NCBI GenBank assembly: GCA_964016885.1
Contig: OZ024740.1
Span: 440,696,001-440,760,000 of the forward strand
Length of the DNA: 64,000 nucleotides
Source: Eledone cirrhosa
Taxonomy: Eukaryota
Reading direction: 5' to 3'
A program made the translations under genes and the position numbers. Every line of letters starts with the position of its first letter. The stretch's first letter is position 1. Under the pieces are notes generated by a model that had not been told where the DNA came from, searched no databases, and worked only from the letters and a program-made list of their open reading frames with translations. This document shows, piece by piece, positions 54,154 through 64,000 of this stretch.

Positions 54154-57100
54154 ATGGCGACCGTTGTGGTCAGTGTCCGATAATCGGACGTGTGTAATTA
54201 CGGCTTACATGAAGGCAGCATACCATATATTGGAAAAAGTTAAGCTACATTACGCGGTAAGATTACATACAATAATTCTACATAAGTGTTTGAACTGTAA
54301 GTGTGTTGTAAAACACCTATTTATATGAACGATACATACACTTATGATATATGAACGATACATACACTTTAACATATAAATGCAACGTTGTTATATTACA
54401 TTTATAAAGAAATATACAAGTAACGTTTTCGATTCAGAAACAAAACATAAGTGTTTGAACTGTGAATATGTTGTGAATAAGTTGTAGAACACCTATTTAT
54501 ATGAATGATACATAAACTTTAACATATAAATACAGCGTTGTTATATTATATTACATTCATAAAGAAATATACTAAGTAACGGTTCTTTTTGTTCTCGATT
54601 CAAACGATTCAAGAATAACGTTTAAAACACAGTTGTAGAATTAAAAACTAACTGAAAAGAAATATTACCCTAGCTGTGAATAACTTTAAATTTAATTCTG
54701 ACAGAACTTTGTCGAAACTTTTAAAGAAGATCATCGACTATTTTGAAAAATAAATACGAAATATTAGTGAATAGACGAACTCATCATGGCAAAAAGTACA
54801 AGTCTCCTTCGACCAAATCGCAACTACAACCGTTGTATACAGTGGAGCTACGAGGTTAACAAAGTATTATATGAAGCATACAAACAATCTGAACCCCAAA
54901 AGTTCGGTTTTATGCAAAGGCTAAAAACTTTATGGAACTCCAAACACCCAGAATTAGACTTTTCTCCAAAGCATTTAAATGAACAGGCAAAACGTATCAT
55001 TAGATGTAAATTGATACATCTAACGGAATTGAGTGATACTACAAATACAACCCTTGTAGACAACCACCCCACCTCCACTGACAGACAAAGAGAATGGCCA
55101 ACTAAATCTAACAGGGAACAGCTCACCAACAATTTTGCTGAAATCCATCCCACTTCCACTGAAGAACAGTGAGAAAGGTCAGCTAACTCTAGTAGTAATT
55201 GTCACCACATCAACAACGAGGCTGAAATTCATGACTCTACCTAACAAACAGAGCACCAAAAACTTGTGGACACCCGACAAGTGATATGGAACAATATGTT
55301 TCAAGAGATACACAGCCTTAATGTGAATGACAGACCATACAACACCAGAATCAATAAAGAACCAACTAAATTGGAATTGGAAGCGGTGAACGAAATAGCT
55401 GGCAATTATCTGAAGGCTATACGATCTAAAGGTGTAGAAACGACATTTGAAACGCTTAATGTTTTGTTATATGTTTCAGCTGTCACATTGCTATCATATA
55501 ACACACATCTAAAACCACGCAATCAAGATACAAACAGAAAGCCTGAATCAGCGTGGATGCGAAATTTAAAAACCAAAATTTTGTCCCTGAGACGAAGTAT
55601 CTCACACATCGCAGTCGTTATGAAATGCAACATAGAGAGCAACTTCACACGACACCAGGAAGACCTAAACAAAAAGTTAGAGAGACGATTTGGAGATACA
55701 AAATTTAAAACTTTGAACTTCAAATTACACCAGTTGAAACAACAACTAACAGCTACAACAGAAAGACTAAAATATAAGTCAACAGCACATAAACGACAAG
55801 TGCTAAATAGATTGTTTGCCAGAGATCCTAAATCAGTTTATCGCAGCTTCGGTGGCAAAAGCTTAATCCCTGTAAACGACACCCCTTCAAAAGAACAGGT
55901 TCAGAGCTACTGGAGATCTGTATGGGAAACGGATGACGGATTCAACAGACAAGCTAATTGGCTAAAAGAACTGGAACAGGACTACTGCCAACATGTCCAG
56001 ATAAAACAATATGACATAGATTGGTCAATACTGGAAACAGCTCTACAGAAAATGGCGAATAGGAAATTGCCAGGCCCAGACCTCATTACAGGATACTGGT
56101 TGAAGAATTTCACTTTCTAGCGGTAAGATCTCATACGGCTGTTTACAGAAACCATTAAAGGCACACAAGAACTGCCCAGATGGTTATCAACTGCCACTAC
56201 TCTCCTCATTCCCCAAAATAGCCAAACCACCCTTGCTAAAAATTACCGCCCAATAGCCTGCCAAAACATCATGTATAAATTATATACTGGGTGCCTTAAC
56301 CTGTTCTTACAGGATCACTGTGCTACCAACAACATCATAACACTTGAGCAAGCTGGTGGAAAGAGGGAGGTGTGAGGTTGCATAGATCACCTACTAACTA
56401 ACAAAATGATTCAGGAAAAAACAACAAAGAATCGCAGAAACATGACTGTGGTGTGGCTGGACTATTAAAAAGCACTTGATAGTGTACCTCATCTGTGGAT
56501 TATTAAGGCTTGACAGTTAGCCAAAGTCGCACAACCATTGGTAGCAGCTGTTGAACGCCTGACCAAGAACTTGTACACCAATTTGATCCTTAGAGGTGAG
56601 AAGGAGCAAGTTAAGACTGATAAGATACATTACCAGAAGGGCATCTTTCAGGGAGATAGCTTGTCAGTGCTACTCTTCGTTCTCTCACTGAATCCACTAT
56701 CTTACCTACTCAGGAAACAAGGTGGGCAAAGAAGTGGGCCCAGAAGTATCTCCCATCTTTTCTTTGTTGATGACCTGAAGTTGTATGGGCCAAATATCAA
56801 TGACATCAAGAAACAAGTGGACCTCATTACACAATTTTCAACCGACATCAAAATGAAATTTGATGAGTCCAAGTGTGCATATTTGGCAGTAAAACGTGGA
56901 AGAGCTGTGCCCTCCTCTAGAAATCTAGAGATGAACGGCCTGACAATACAACCTTTGCAGTCAGGTGACAACTACAGATATCTTGGACAGGATGAGAATG
57001 TCAGATATGATGGACCCATAAATAAGGAGAGAACCAGAACTGAATACCTCAGAAGAGTAAAGAAAATATGGTCATCAGAACTGTCAGCATACAACAAATA

Positions 57101-58376
57101 CATTGCCCACAATACTTATGCTGTGCCAATTCTAACGCCAACATTTGGCCTGCTGAACTGGTCATCGCAAGAACTAAGTGAGATGGATGTTAGAACTCGA
57201 AAACTTCTCAGTGTTACTGGGAACTTTAACATCAACGGTGATGTGGATAGGCTATACTTCTCACGCAAGGAAGGTGGCCGGGGTCTAAAATCCATATTAA
57301 CAACATATGAGACCCGGATAGTAACACTGAAGCAACACCTTCAACAGAGGAAAAAGGTTGGCAACCATCTTGCCCAGGTTTATGAGCATGAAAAAAAAAT
57401 ATCATTAGAATAGCGACTGATCTGGAGGAGAGATATGGAATAAAGCCTGATATAAATCTCTCACCCAGAGAAATCGGAAGATCCTATTCAATGTTCAAAC
57501 AAGATTAAAAAATTGACCAATTTACAGAAAAAGTTGTGCCTGGATACTTGAGACGTAAAACACAGACCATAGACGGGATAAACCACTCAAAAAGCCTGGC
57601 ATGGAGTTCCGACAAGTTTATGACATCACACCTTGAGGGATATCTCTATGCAATACAGGAACGAGAACTCCCTACCAAATATCTGCTGCACAAAAGAGGA
57701 GGGCCAGCAGCTAACAATAAATATAGGCTATGTAAAACAAAGATCGAGGATGTAAGCCACATTGTTGCCAGCTGCGAAAGAATGTCATCTCGCTACTACC
57801 TCCCCATGAGACACGATGGGATAGCTAGAACCATCTGGAACGCACTTCGGAAAACAAAATTAACAACAAACGAGGAGGAATATATTGAGACAGATGGCAC
57901 TAAGGAATACTGGTGGAACCTGAAAATAAAAACTGCCACCAAATTAAAGCACAACCGGCCTGATATTGTTGTTTGGGACCACACATTGAAAACGTGTTCT
58001 GTTGTGGAGATCATCTGCCCACTTGATGTAAACGTTGTCAGAAAAATACAGGAGAAGGAGGACATCTACGGACCATTGATGAGGAGTTTACAAATCCAGT
58101 ATCCAAGATACACCTTTAACTTCATACCCATCATTATTGGTGCTACGAGTTATATACCAACCCGCTTGGACCAAAGTATGACTGAACTTGGATTTGCGGA
58201 CAAAAAGCGCAGCTCTCTAATTCAAAGTCTACAAATGGCTGCGATAGCTGGCACCTTCAAAATGTGCAAAACATTCTTGCGATTCAAGGGATGACAATTT
58301 CTTTTCTTTTACAACCTTGCCACCAGGAAGGTGGACGGTCAAAAAAAAATATACTCGAAATTAAGAGAAAGAGATA
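54151..58376 (+). mobile_element. R4/Dong-like family C, apparently full length (4.2 kb), in (ACAT)n
   Basis: 5' UTR, one degraded ORF and 3' UTR, flanked by (ACAT)n. Confidence 0.9.
54786..58294 (+). pseudogene. Family C polyprotein (R4/Dong N-terminal domain, RT, zinc knuckle, RLE) with stops and frameshifts
   Basis: WSYEVNKVLYEAY..SEP..GFMQRLKTLW..HP; PGPDLITGYWLK; GIFQGDSLS; FFVDDLKLY; EGGRGL; HIVASC; RHD; HNRPD..VVEIICP. Confidence 0.92.
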
Positions 58377-58396
58377 ACATACATACATACATACAT

Positions 58397-59000
58397 GGTG
58401 GCTGCCAACTCGTTTTCGGGTACGGCCACTACTTTATATCCATGTAGGAGAACCCCTACCGATGCGCTGAACGAGTGTGACTTTTTAGTCCAGCCAGTGA
58501 CTTGAAAACTCTGGTACAAACACTACACTTGTGACAATCATTGACACACAGTGCTGGGCCCATGGTACCATGTGACAAGTGCAGAGAGATCTCCAGATAT
58601 AAAGCAATGCCTGTGCCGTGAAGCTTTTATAGTGAGCAAAGGCACTGCACAAAGCCAGTCCCACTCTCTTAACCAAGATGATATTTACCAAAAAGAAGAA
58701 CAAGTCAACATCATTGGATACCATCAGGGTTGCAGGTGTTACATCAGAGTTTTCCTTCTCCTAGAATTCTGCCTTGACAAAGGCTAAGGGGTCATCTCTC
58801 CCGGTGATTTTGGATGGCCATTGACTCTTAAGAGCTCCTTTGCCCTATGACAGGTTTTGTTTTTAGTCCTGCAGGATGTCCAAAGTCACCCTCCTCACCA
58901 AGAAACCTTGGTGGGGTTGCCAGTTTAGTCGCCAACGACCCGACCATGAGACAGGTTGTACTGGGATACATGTTACCAGTAGCACCAACTGGTGACCTGA
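58397..59000 (-). mobile_element. RTE-derived bipartite non-autonomous element (about 600 bp), (ATGT)n on both sides
   Basis: 5' part has CTAGGAGAAGGAAAACTCTGA, recalled as an RTE 5' UTR motif. 3' part encodes a C2H2 remnant CSVCTRVFKSLAGLKSHTRSAHR* (58527-58456), then a short UTR ending GGCAGCCACC(ATGT)n. Confidence 0.78.
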
Positions 59001-59063
59001 CATACATACATACATACATACATACATACATACATACATACATACATACATACATACATACAT

Positions 59064-59818
59064 GATGGTACTATCTACCTATGAGGCATGATGTAGTGGC
59101 CAAAACACTGTACAATGCAGTTCGTAAAAAAGATAGCCCCGATAATAAACACATTAAAAGCTACAACAATGTGGAAGACATCCATGTACATAATATGAAA
59201 GAGTACTGGTGGAATGTTCCAGTAAAAACCCCAATAAAATGCAGGCATAACAGACCAGAAATTATGATATGGGACAGGGAGAAGAAAACATGCACAGTAG
59301 TGGAAATTAGCTGCCCAGCAGATGCCAATATAATATCAAAGATTAGTGAAAAGGAGAATATTTATGCAGAACTGATGAGAAATCTGCAGATACTCCACCC
59401 TGATTACACCTTCAGATTTATGCCTGTGATTATTGGGGCACTGGGATATGTTAGTAACTGCCCCAATACAAATCTTGAGAAGCTAGGCTTCACAGGAACA
59501 GAAAGAACACAACTAGTTAGGAAACTACAAGTACAATCCATTAATGGAACAGTAAAAATATGTAAAACATTCCAAAAATTTTGCATCTAATAATTGCATA
59601 TACACATGTACAGATACAAAGCATATACACATGCACATATACATTCTCAGAACATACACATTCACACATACAATAACATCCATATCTACACATGCATGCA
59701 TACATACATATCTATCTAGTTGATGTTGTGTAAATTCCAATGAGAGAATCTTGTGTCTATGTTAGAAACCGACTCTCTCTCTAATGGTAAAACTTTGTGA
59801 AATTATAAAACCAGAAGA
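59064..59818 (+). mobile_element. Dong-like family D, 5'-truncated, in (ACAT)n
   Basis: ORF 59081-59590 MRHDVVAK..EYWWN..HNRPEIMIWD..VVEISCP, clearly diverged from family C, with a different 3' UTR. (ACAT)n on both sides. Confidence 0.88.
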
Positions 59819-59944
59819 ACATACATACATACATAAAACATTATATAATAATCTAGCTATTTACATTTCTGTCTTTCTAAACAAACAAATGAAAATCTAT
59901 TGATAATTTTAAAAGATCAATTTAAAGGCGAGTTTTCTAAGCTT

Positions 59945-60026
59945 GCTGTGGTGGCCGAGTGGTTAAGGCGTTGGACTTGAAATCCAATGGGTGTTACCCG
60001 CGCATGTTCGAATCCTACCCGCAGCG
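59945..60026 (+). tRNA. tRNA-Ser(TGA), possibly a pseudogene
   Basis: Acceptor GCTGTGG/CCGCAGC-G, anticodon arm TTGGA-CT TGA AA-TCCAA, long variable arm, GTTCGAATC, T-run at 60029-60036. Two mismatches in the T-stem. Confidence 0.88.
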
Positions 60027-60119
60027 ACTTTTTTTTATTATTATTTACAAATGAGATAACTTTTTAACTCAAATCATTCATCTTCCAACATTGAGAACGG
60101 AAAAGTGAACTGTTGTTAG

Positions 60120-60310
60120 CGATGTCTCACTTTCTTAAATGGCTGAAGTGGTTTCATTTGGTCTTTAAACCGCTTCTTTGGTCCTCCAGCTTGACAACAA
60201 CTTTGTTGTAGCAAACCCTAGATTACCCTACATTGAGATGTGAGCAGGACATTAGCACCACATATCTGAACCATCTCAGTTGATCCCTGTACAGTGTGGA
60301 TGTGACGTAG
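60120..60310 (-). pseudogene. Old RTE-clade LINE remnant
   Basis: Minus-strand translation gives QLRWFRYVVLM and GGPKKRFKDQMK, resembling the RTE QLRWxGHVxRM and GGxKKRxKD motifs. Confidence 0.6.
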
Positions 60311-61817
60311 TGTTATCGTTTCTCGTCAGGTAACATTGTTTCTGATATCTTCAGTCATAAATTACTGTTCTTTGCTTATCACCCAATTAGTATTAACCAC
60401 TAGAGTTTTGACGCCATCTTGAATTTAGAATGTTGCTTTAGTAATATAACAGCGATTGCCGTAGGAACTGTTGGTAAAATCCTGAAACTCCGAGTAGCAA
60501 TACACGGCATCAGCTGAATATAATTATCTTCTACACCATCCATTTTGTATCTTTCTCTCATTTGTTCTACACAATAGTCTGACGGTTTGATAAATACTTA
60601 GAAACAGATATTTTTTTAGTTCAGTATTTTCATCTAATTTGTTTTACAATTTATTAATTGTTTTCTGGTTCTATATTATATTATATTTCTTTGAAGATTT
60701 TAACATTTACTGAATAACTAATTTTAAAAAAAACTACCACTTTGTATAGATGGATATGTGTCCTATTTCTGAATATGACAAAAAAAGGTTAAAGCTAGTG
60801 TAGATATATATATTGATAAAAATTTATAAATTTAACAATATTCGTTATATTATTTTGAACTATGTGAATATTCTGCAGATTATTTCCTGTGTGTTTATTT
60901 ATGGACGTATAACTGAATGAATATTTTGTATTTTGCTTAGCTATGCTGCAAGAAAGCATAGTATCTAACATACTGGGATAAAGGCAGCCTCCAGCTGATT
61001 TATTGATTTTCTAGGCACTTTTATCTAGATTTTCATTTTAAAACACAGAAAAATATTTAGAAAAACAAAACAAAAAATGTTGAAGCACATCTGCAGAATG
61101 TACAATGATGAGGCGTGTATTAGAACCTGCTTAATTGTTGCCCAACAATTTACTAGACGTTGCTTCAGGCGGAAACTAAAGTTAACAACCAGAAACAAAA
61201 TAGAGCTCTAGAGAAATTAACGGTGCCATTCTTTAATGAGTTATGTAAGTTTTTATTTTATTCAATTCCGTTGCGAATTTAGTTTTTGTTGTTATTCACA
61301 AAATATTCTTTGTGTTTTGTTCGACTGTGAATGTTTTATTGTCAGTGATGTATTTGTTTCCTTCTATTGCTTTAACTTCCCTACGGCGTCCAGGTGACAG
61401 CAGAAAAGCACAAGCGACCCAACCACATTAACAATCCACAGGTTTTTTTGGCGGCAAGTTCTGCGTTGTCTACTAATCGATTGGCTATTATTCTCTGCAA
61501 GGAGTGTTGGCGACAACCTATGTGCAATGTGTTTTTCACTCGAGAATTCAATTCTCTGTAAGTTGTGGATTTAACGTAAGAAAATAAAAACATGACATCT
61601 CACAAGAGAAGAGATATCGATAAAAACATAGAATAGTAACTATCTTTTCTTTTTCTCTTCTTTGTTTCCTACAGATGAACTCATTTTTTAATATCAAACT
61701 CCTGTTGCTCAGAGGACTGAAGTTATGTATGACTATTGGCTTCTGTGAAGAAGTTTTATTTGAATTAGGAAGTTGATACAATTCAATGCTGGCAGTAAAT
61801 AAACGAGAGAAAATGCA

Positions 61818-61954
<137 letters not shown>

Positions 61955-62228
61955 TATGTATGTTTTTTTATCTTTTCCTTTCTCTTGTCTTCAAGTATCA
62001 GTTCAAGTTAGTAGCACTTCTGTCGCGTGTTTAACCTATCTTTTAAAATACTATCTTTTGATTTGCACAAATCTACCACGTGCTATACTTATTTACACAC
62101 TCATGAACAAACATACGCACACATACACTACCACCACACGCACACATATATATATGTATATATATATATATACAGAGAGAGATAGAAAGAGAGCGAAATG
62201 GATAGATATATTCATATTATATATATAA

Positions 62229-62290
62229 TTGTTTCTACGTTAGGCACAAGGCCAGCAATTACCCAGTGCATTACTGGTACTTTATTTTAT
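62229..62290 (-). mobile_element. 3' fragment of the tRNA-derived SINE
   Basis: TTGTTTCTAC..ACAAGGCCAGCAATTAC..ACTGGTACTTTATTTTAT matches 48207-48267. Confidence 0.7.
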
Positions 62291-62340
62291 ATATATTATA
62301 TATATATATTATATATATATATTATATATATAATGTGTGG

Positions 62341-62373
<33 letters not shown>

Positions 62374-62453
62374 AAGGAATTGTGGTAAGGAACCAGATGG
62401 ACCATAACGCACCAGATGGACCTTTTTCCTATTACCAGTAGAGTGGGTAATAG

Positions 62454-62558
62454 GAAAAAGTAAGACCCTGACGGCAGAGCTCAAGCCGTTTCGACGGCTA
62501 TTTCTAGTCCAGAAATAGCCGTCGAAACGGCTTGAGCTCTGCCGTCAGGGTCATACTT

Positions 62559-62562
<4 letters not shown>
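62454..62562. repeat. 52-bp-arm inverted repeat made of the 3' half of the 48051 hammerhead family
   Basis: Arms 62454-62505 and 62511-62562, one mismatch. Contains GTCGAAACGGC..GCCGTC. Followed by (AT)n. Confidence 0.9.
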
Positions 62563-62615
<53 letters not shown>

Positions 62616-62734
62616 ACACATATATACATACGTATGTACATACATACATACATACGTACATACATACATACGTACATACATACATACATACATACATACA
62701 TACATACATACATACATACATACATACATACATA
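62563..62734. repeat. (AT)n followed by (CATA)n
   Basis: Seen directly. Confidence 0.95.
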
Positions 62735-63004
62735 GGGGAGATATTGAGAGGCGTATGTGTGAAAGTAGCTGCATGTTTGCATTATATTCTATGTTGATTC
62801 CAACTGTAGATATATCAGTGGAAGCTGTCACATGGGAAACTAGTGGATGTGTCTCCTTTCACTAACAACTAGACAACATCACCAATTGATGTGATTAATG
62901 CGTGTAGGAATTCATTAAGAGGACACATCGACTATTTCCTCCTCTCACTGGTTCCAGTTGTGTAGATGTATATGTATATATGTATATATACATACATATA
63001 TATG

Positions 63005-63068
<64 letters not shown>

Positions 63069-63200
63069 CATATACATATATAAAAAATGTGGGTAATATT
63101 AAATAATAAATATTATCCAATTACATGTATGAGAGTAGCTCAATGTAAAATAACTAATATAATACAGAGCCGGAATACTTTCTAAAGTATATATATATAT

Positions 63201-63272
63201 GATGTGTTGGTGTAAATGGTAGCACAGTGGTCCGGATAACCAAAGATGTGGGTTCGACTCCCATGTACGTCA
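63201..63272 (+). tRNA. tRNA-like sequence, apparent anticodon GGA, short variable loop (pseudo-tRNA or SINE head)
   Basis: Acceptor GATGTGT/GTACGTC-A, D arm GTGT/GCAC, anticodon arm TGGT-CCGGATA-ACCA, T arm GTGGG-TTCGACT-CCCAT. T5 run shortly downstream. Confidence 0.6.
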
Positions 63273-63413
63273 ATACTTATCTTTTTCCGTTTCTCCGAGG
63301 GTTCTTAACCCCACTATCAGGCTAAATAATTTCTTTAATTTCTTTAGTCAAAATACGGCGATAACTTACATTTCTAATAATTTCAAATCAACTCGCTGTT
63401 TCGAAAATATTCT

Positions 63414-63445
<32 letters not shown>

Positions 63446-63450
<5 letters not shown>

Positions 63451-63667
63451 TAGAAAATAGAATAGCTTTCACCGTATTTTTGACTAAAGGAATTTTGGCC
63501 TGATAATGGGGTTTAGAACCCTCAGATAAATGGAAAAAGATGAGTATTGACTCCCATGTACGTCAATACTCATCCTTTTCCATTTATCTGAGGGTTCTAA
63601 ACCCCATTATCAGGCTAAAATTCCTTTAGTAAAAAATACGGTGAAAGCTATTCTATTTTCTAATTTC
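63446..63667. repeat. 106-bp-arm inverted repeat built from a second copy of the tRNA-like element's 3' end and trailer
   Basis: Arms 63446-63551 and 63562-63667. 63549-63700 is homologous to 63256-63416. Confidence 0.9.
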
Positions 63668-63699
63668 AAACCTGCTCACTGTTTCAAAACATACTTACT

Positions 63700-63702
<3 letters not shown>

Positions 63703-63790
<88 letters not shown>
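63703..63790. repeat. (TA)n microsatellite
   Basis: Perfect repeats. Confidence 0.98.
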
Positions 63791-63792
<2 letters not shown>

Positions 63793-63920
63793 TTTATCCC
63801 GGATTCAATCGGGGGTAACCACAGTAAGTAAGGTACTCAATACAAAGTAGAGTATAAATATTTAATTTCTCCCGAATGTTCTAGACTAAAAGACTATTTT
63901 GAGTTTCTAACTCAATCTAT

Positions 63921-63954
<34 letters not shown>

Positions 63955-64000
63955 GAAGAGCTTCTTCAGGACTAGAACTGTTTCATTTGTGAGAAATCAT
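63955..64000 (-). ncRNA. Probable minimal Penelope-type hammerhead, cut by the window edge
   Basis: Minus strand reads ..ATGA TTTCTCACAAAT GAA AC AGTTCTA GT C CTGAAG.. then (TA)n. The CTG and stem I would lie beyond 64000. Confidence 0.4.

Noticed and set aside
54151-54270. HDV-like ribozyme at the family C 5' end
   Set aside because: Only simple hairpins; no nested double pseudoknot could be assembled.
53010-58787. Duplicated 78-79 aa ORF MLGPWYHV... as a small gene
   Set aside because: Lies antisense within two copies of the RTE-derived repeat, and starts at GTG.
60540-61800. Host exons or promoter in AT-rich unique DNA (also 46200-47600)
   Set aside because: Only short ORFs without motifs and no convincing splice pattern.
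63285-63325. Hammerhead on minus (CTGATAG..GGGGTT/AACCCT..GAAAC)
   Set aside because: Core is non-canonical, differs between copies, and stems I and III cannot be built.

Overview
Repeat-saturated animal nuclear DNA, most likely octopus (inferred from SINE sequences I recognise and the microsatellite-rich composition). I find no host protein-coding gene. (1) 1-21.8 kb is a nested cluster of non-LTR retrotransposons on an (ATT)n microsatellite. R4/Dong-like RT-RLE elements lie on the minus strand and Tx1-like APE-RT elements on the plus strand. The cluster includes a Helitron and two nested insertions with Tx1-type 3' ends flanked by 136-bp and 163/164-bp direct repeats, which look like giant target-site duplications (TSDs). 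(2) 22.2-45.8 kb holds a 15.7-kb degenerate (AAC/ACC)n array with an apparently exact 3596-bp duplication, abutting a 7.3-kb 19-bp satellite that ends at a hAT-like MITE. (3) 46-64 kb is AT-rich DNA with SINEs, Penelope-like remnants and several type I hammerhead-ribozyme motifs, some in inverted repeats and all next to (TA)n. It also has a second retrotransposon cluster on (ACAT)n (Dong-like on plus, RTE-derived non-autonomous elements on minus), a tRNA-Ser(TGA) and an odd tRNA-like element. Family assignments come from motif recognition by eye, not database searches.
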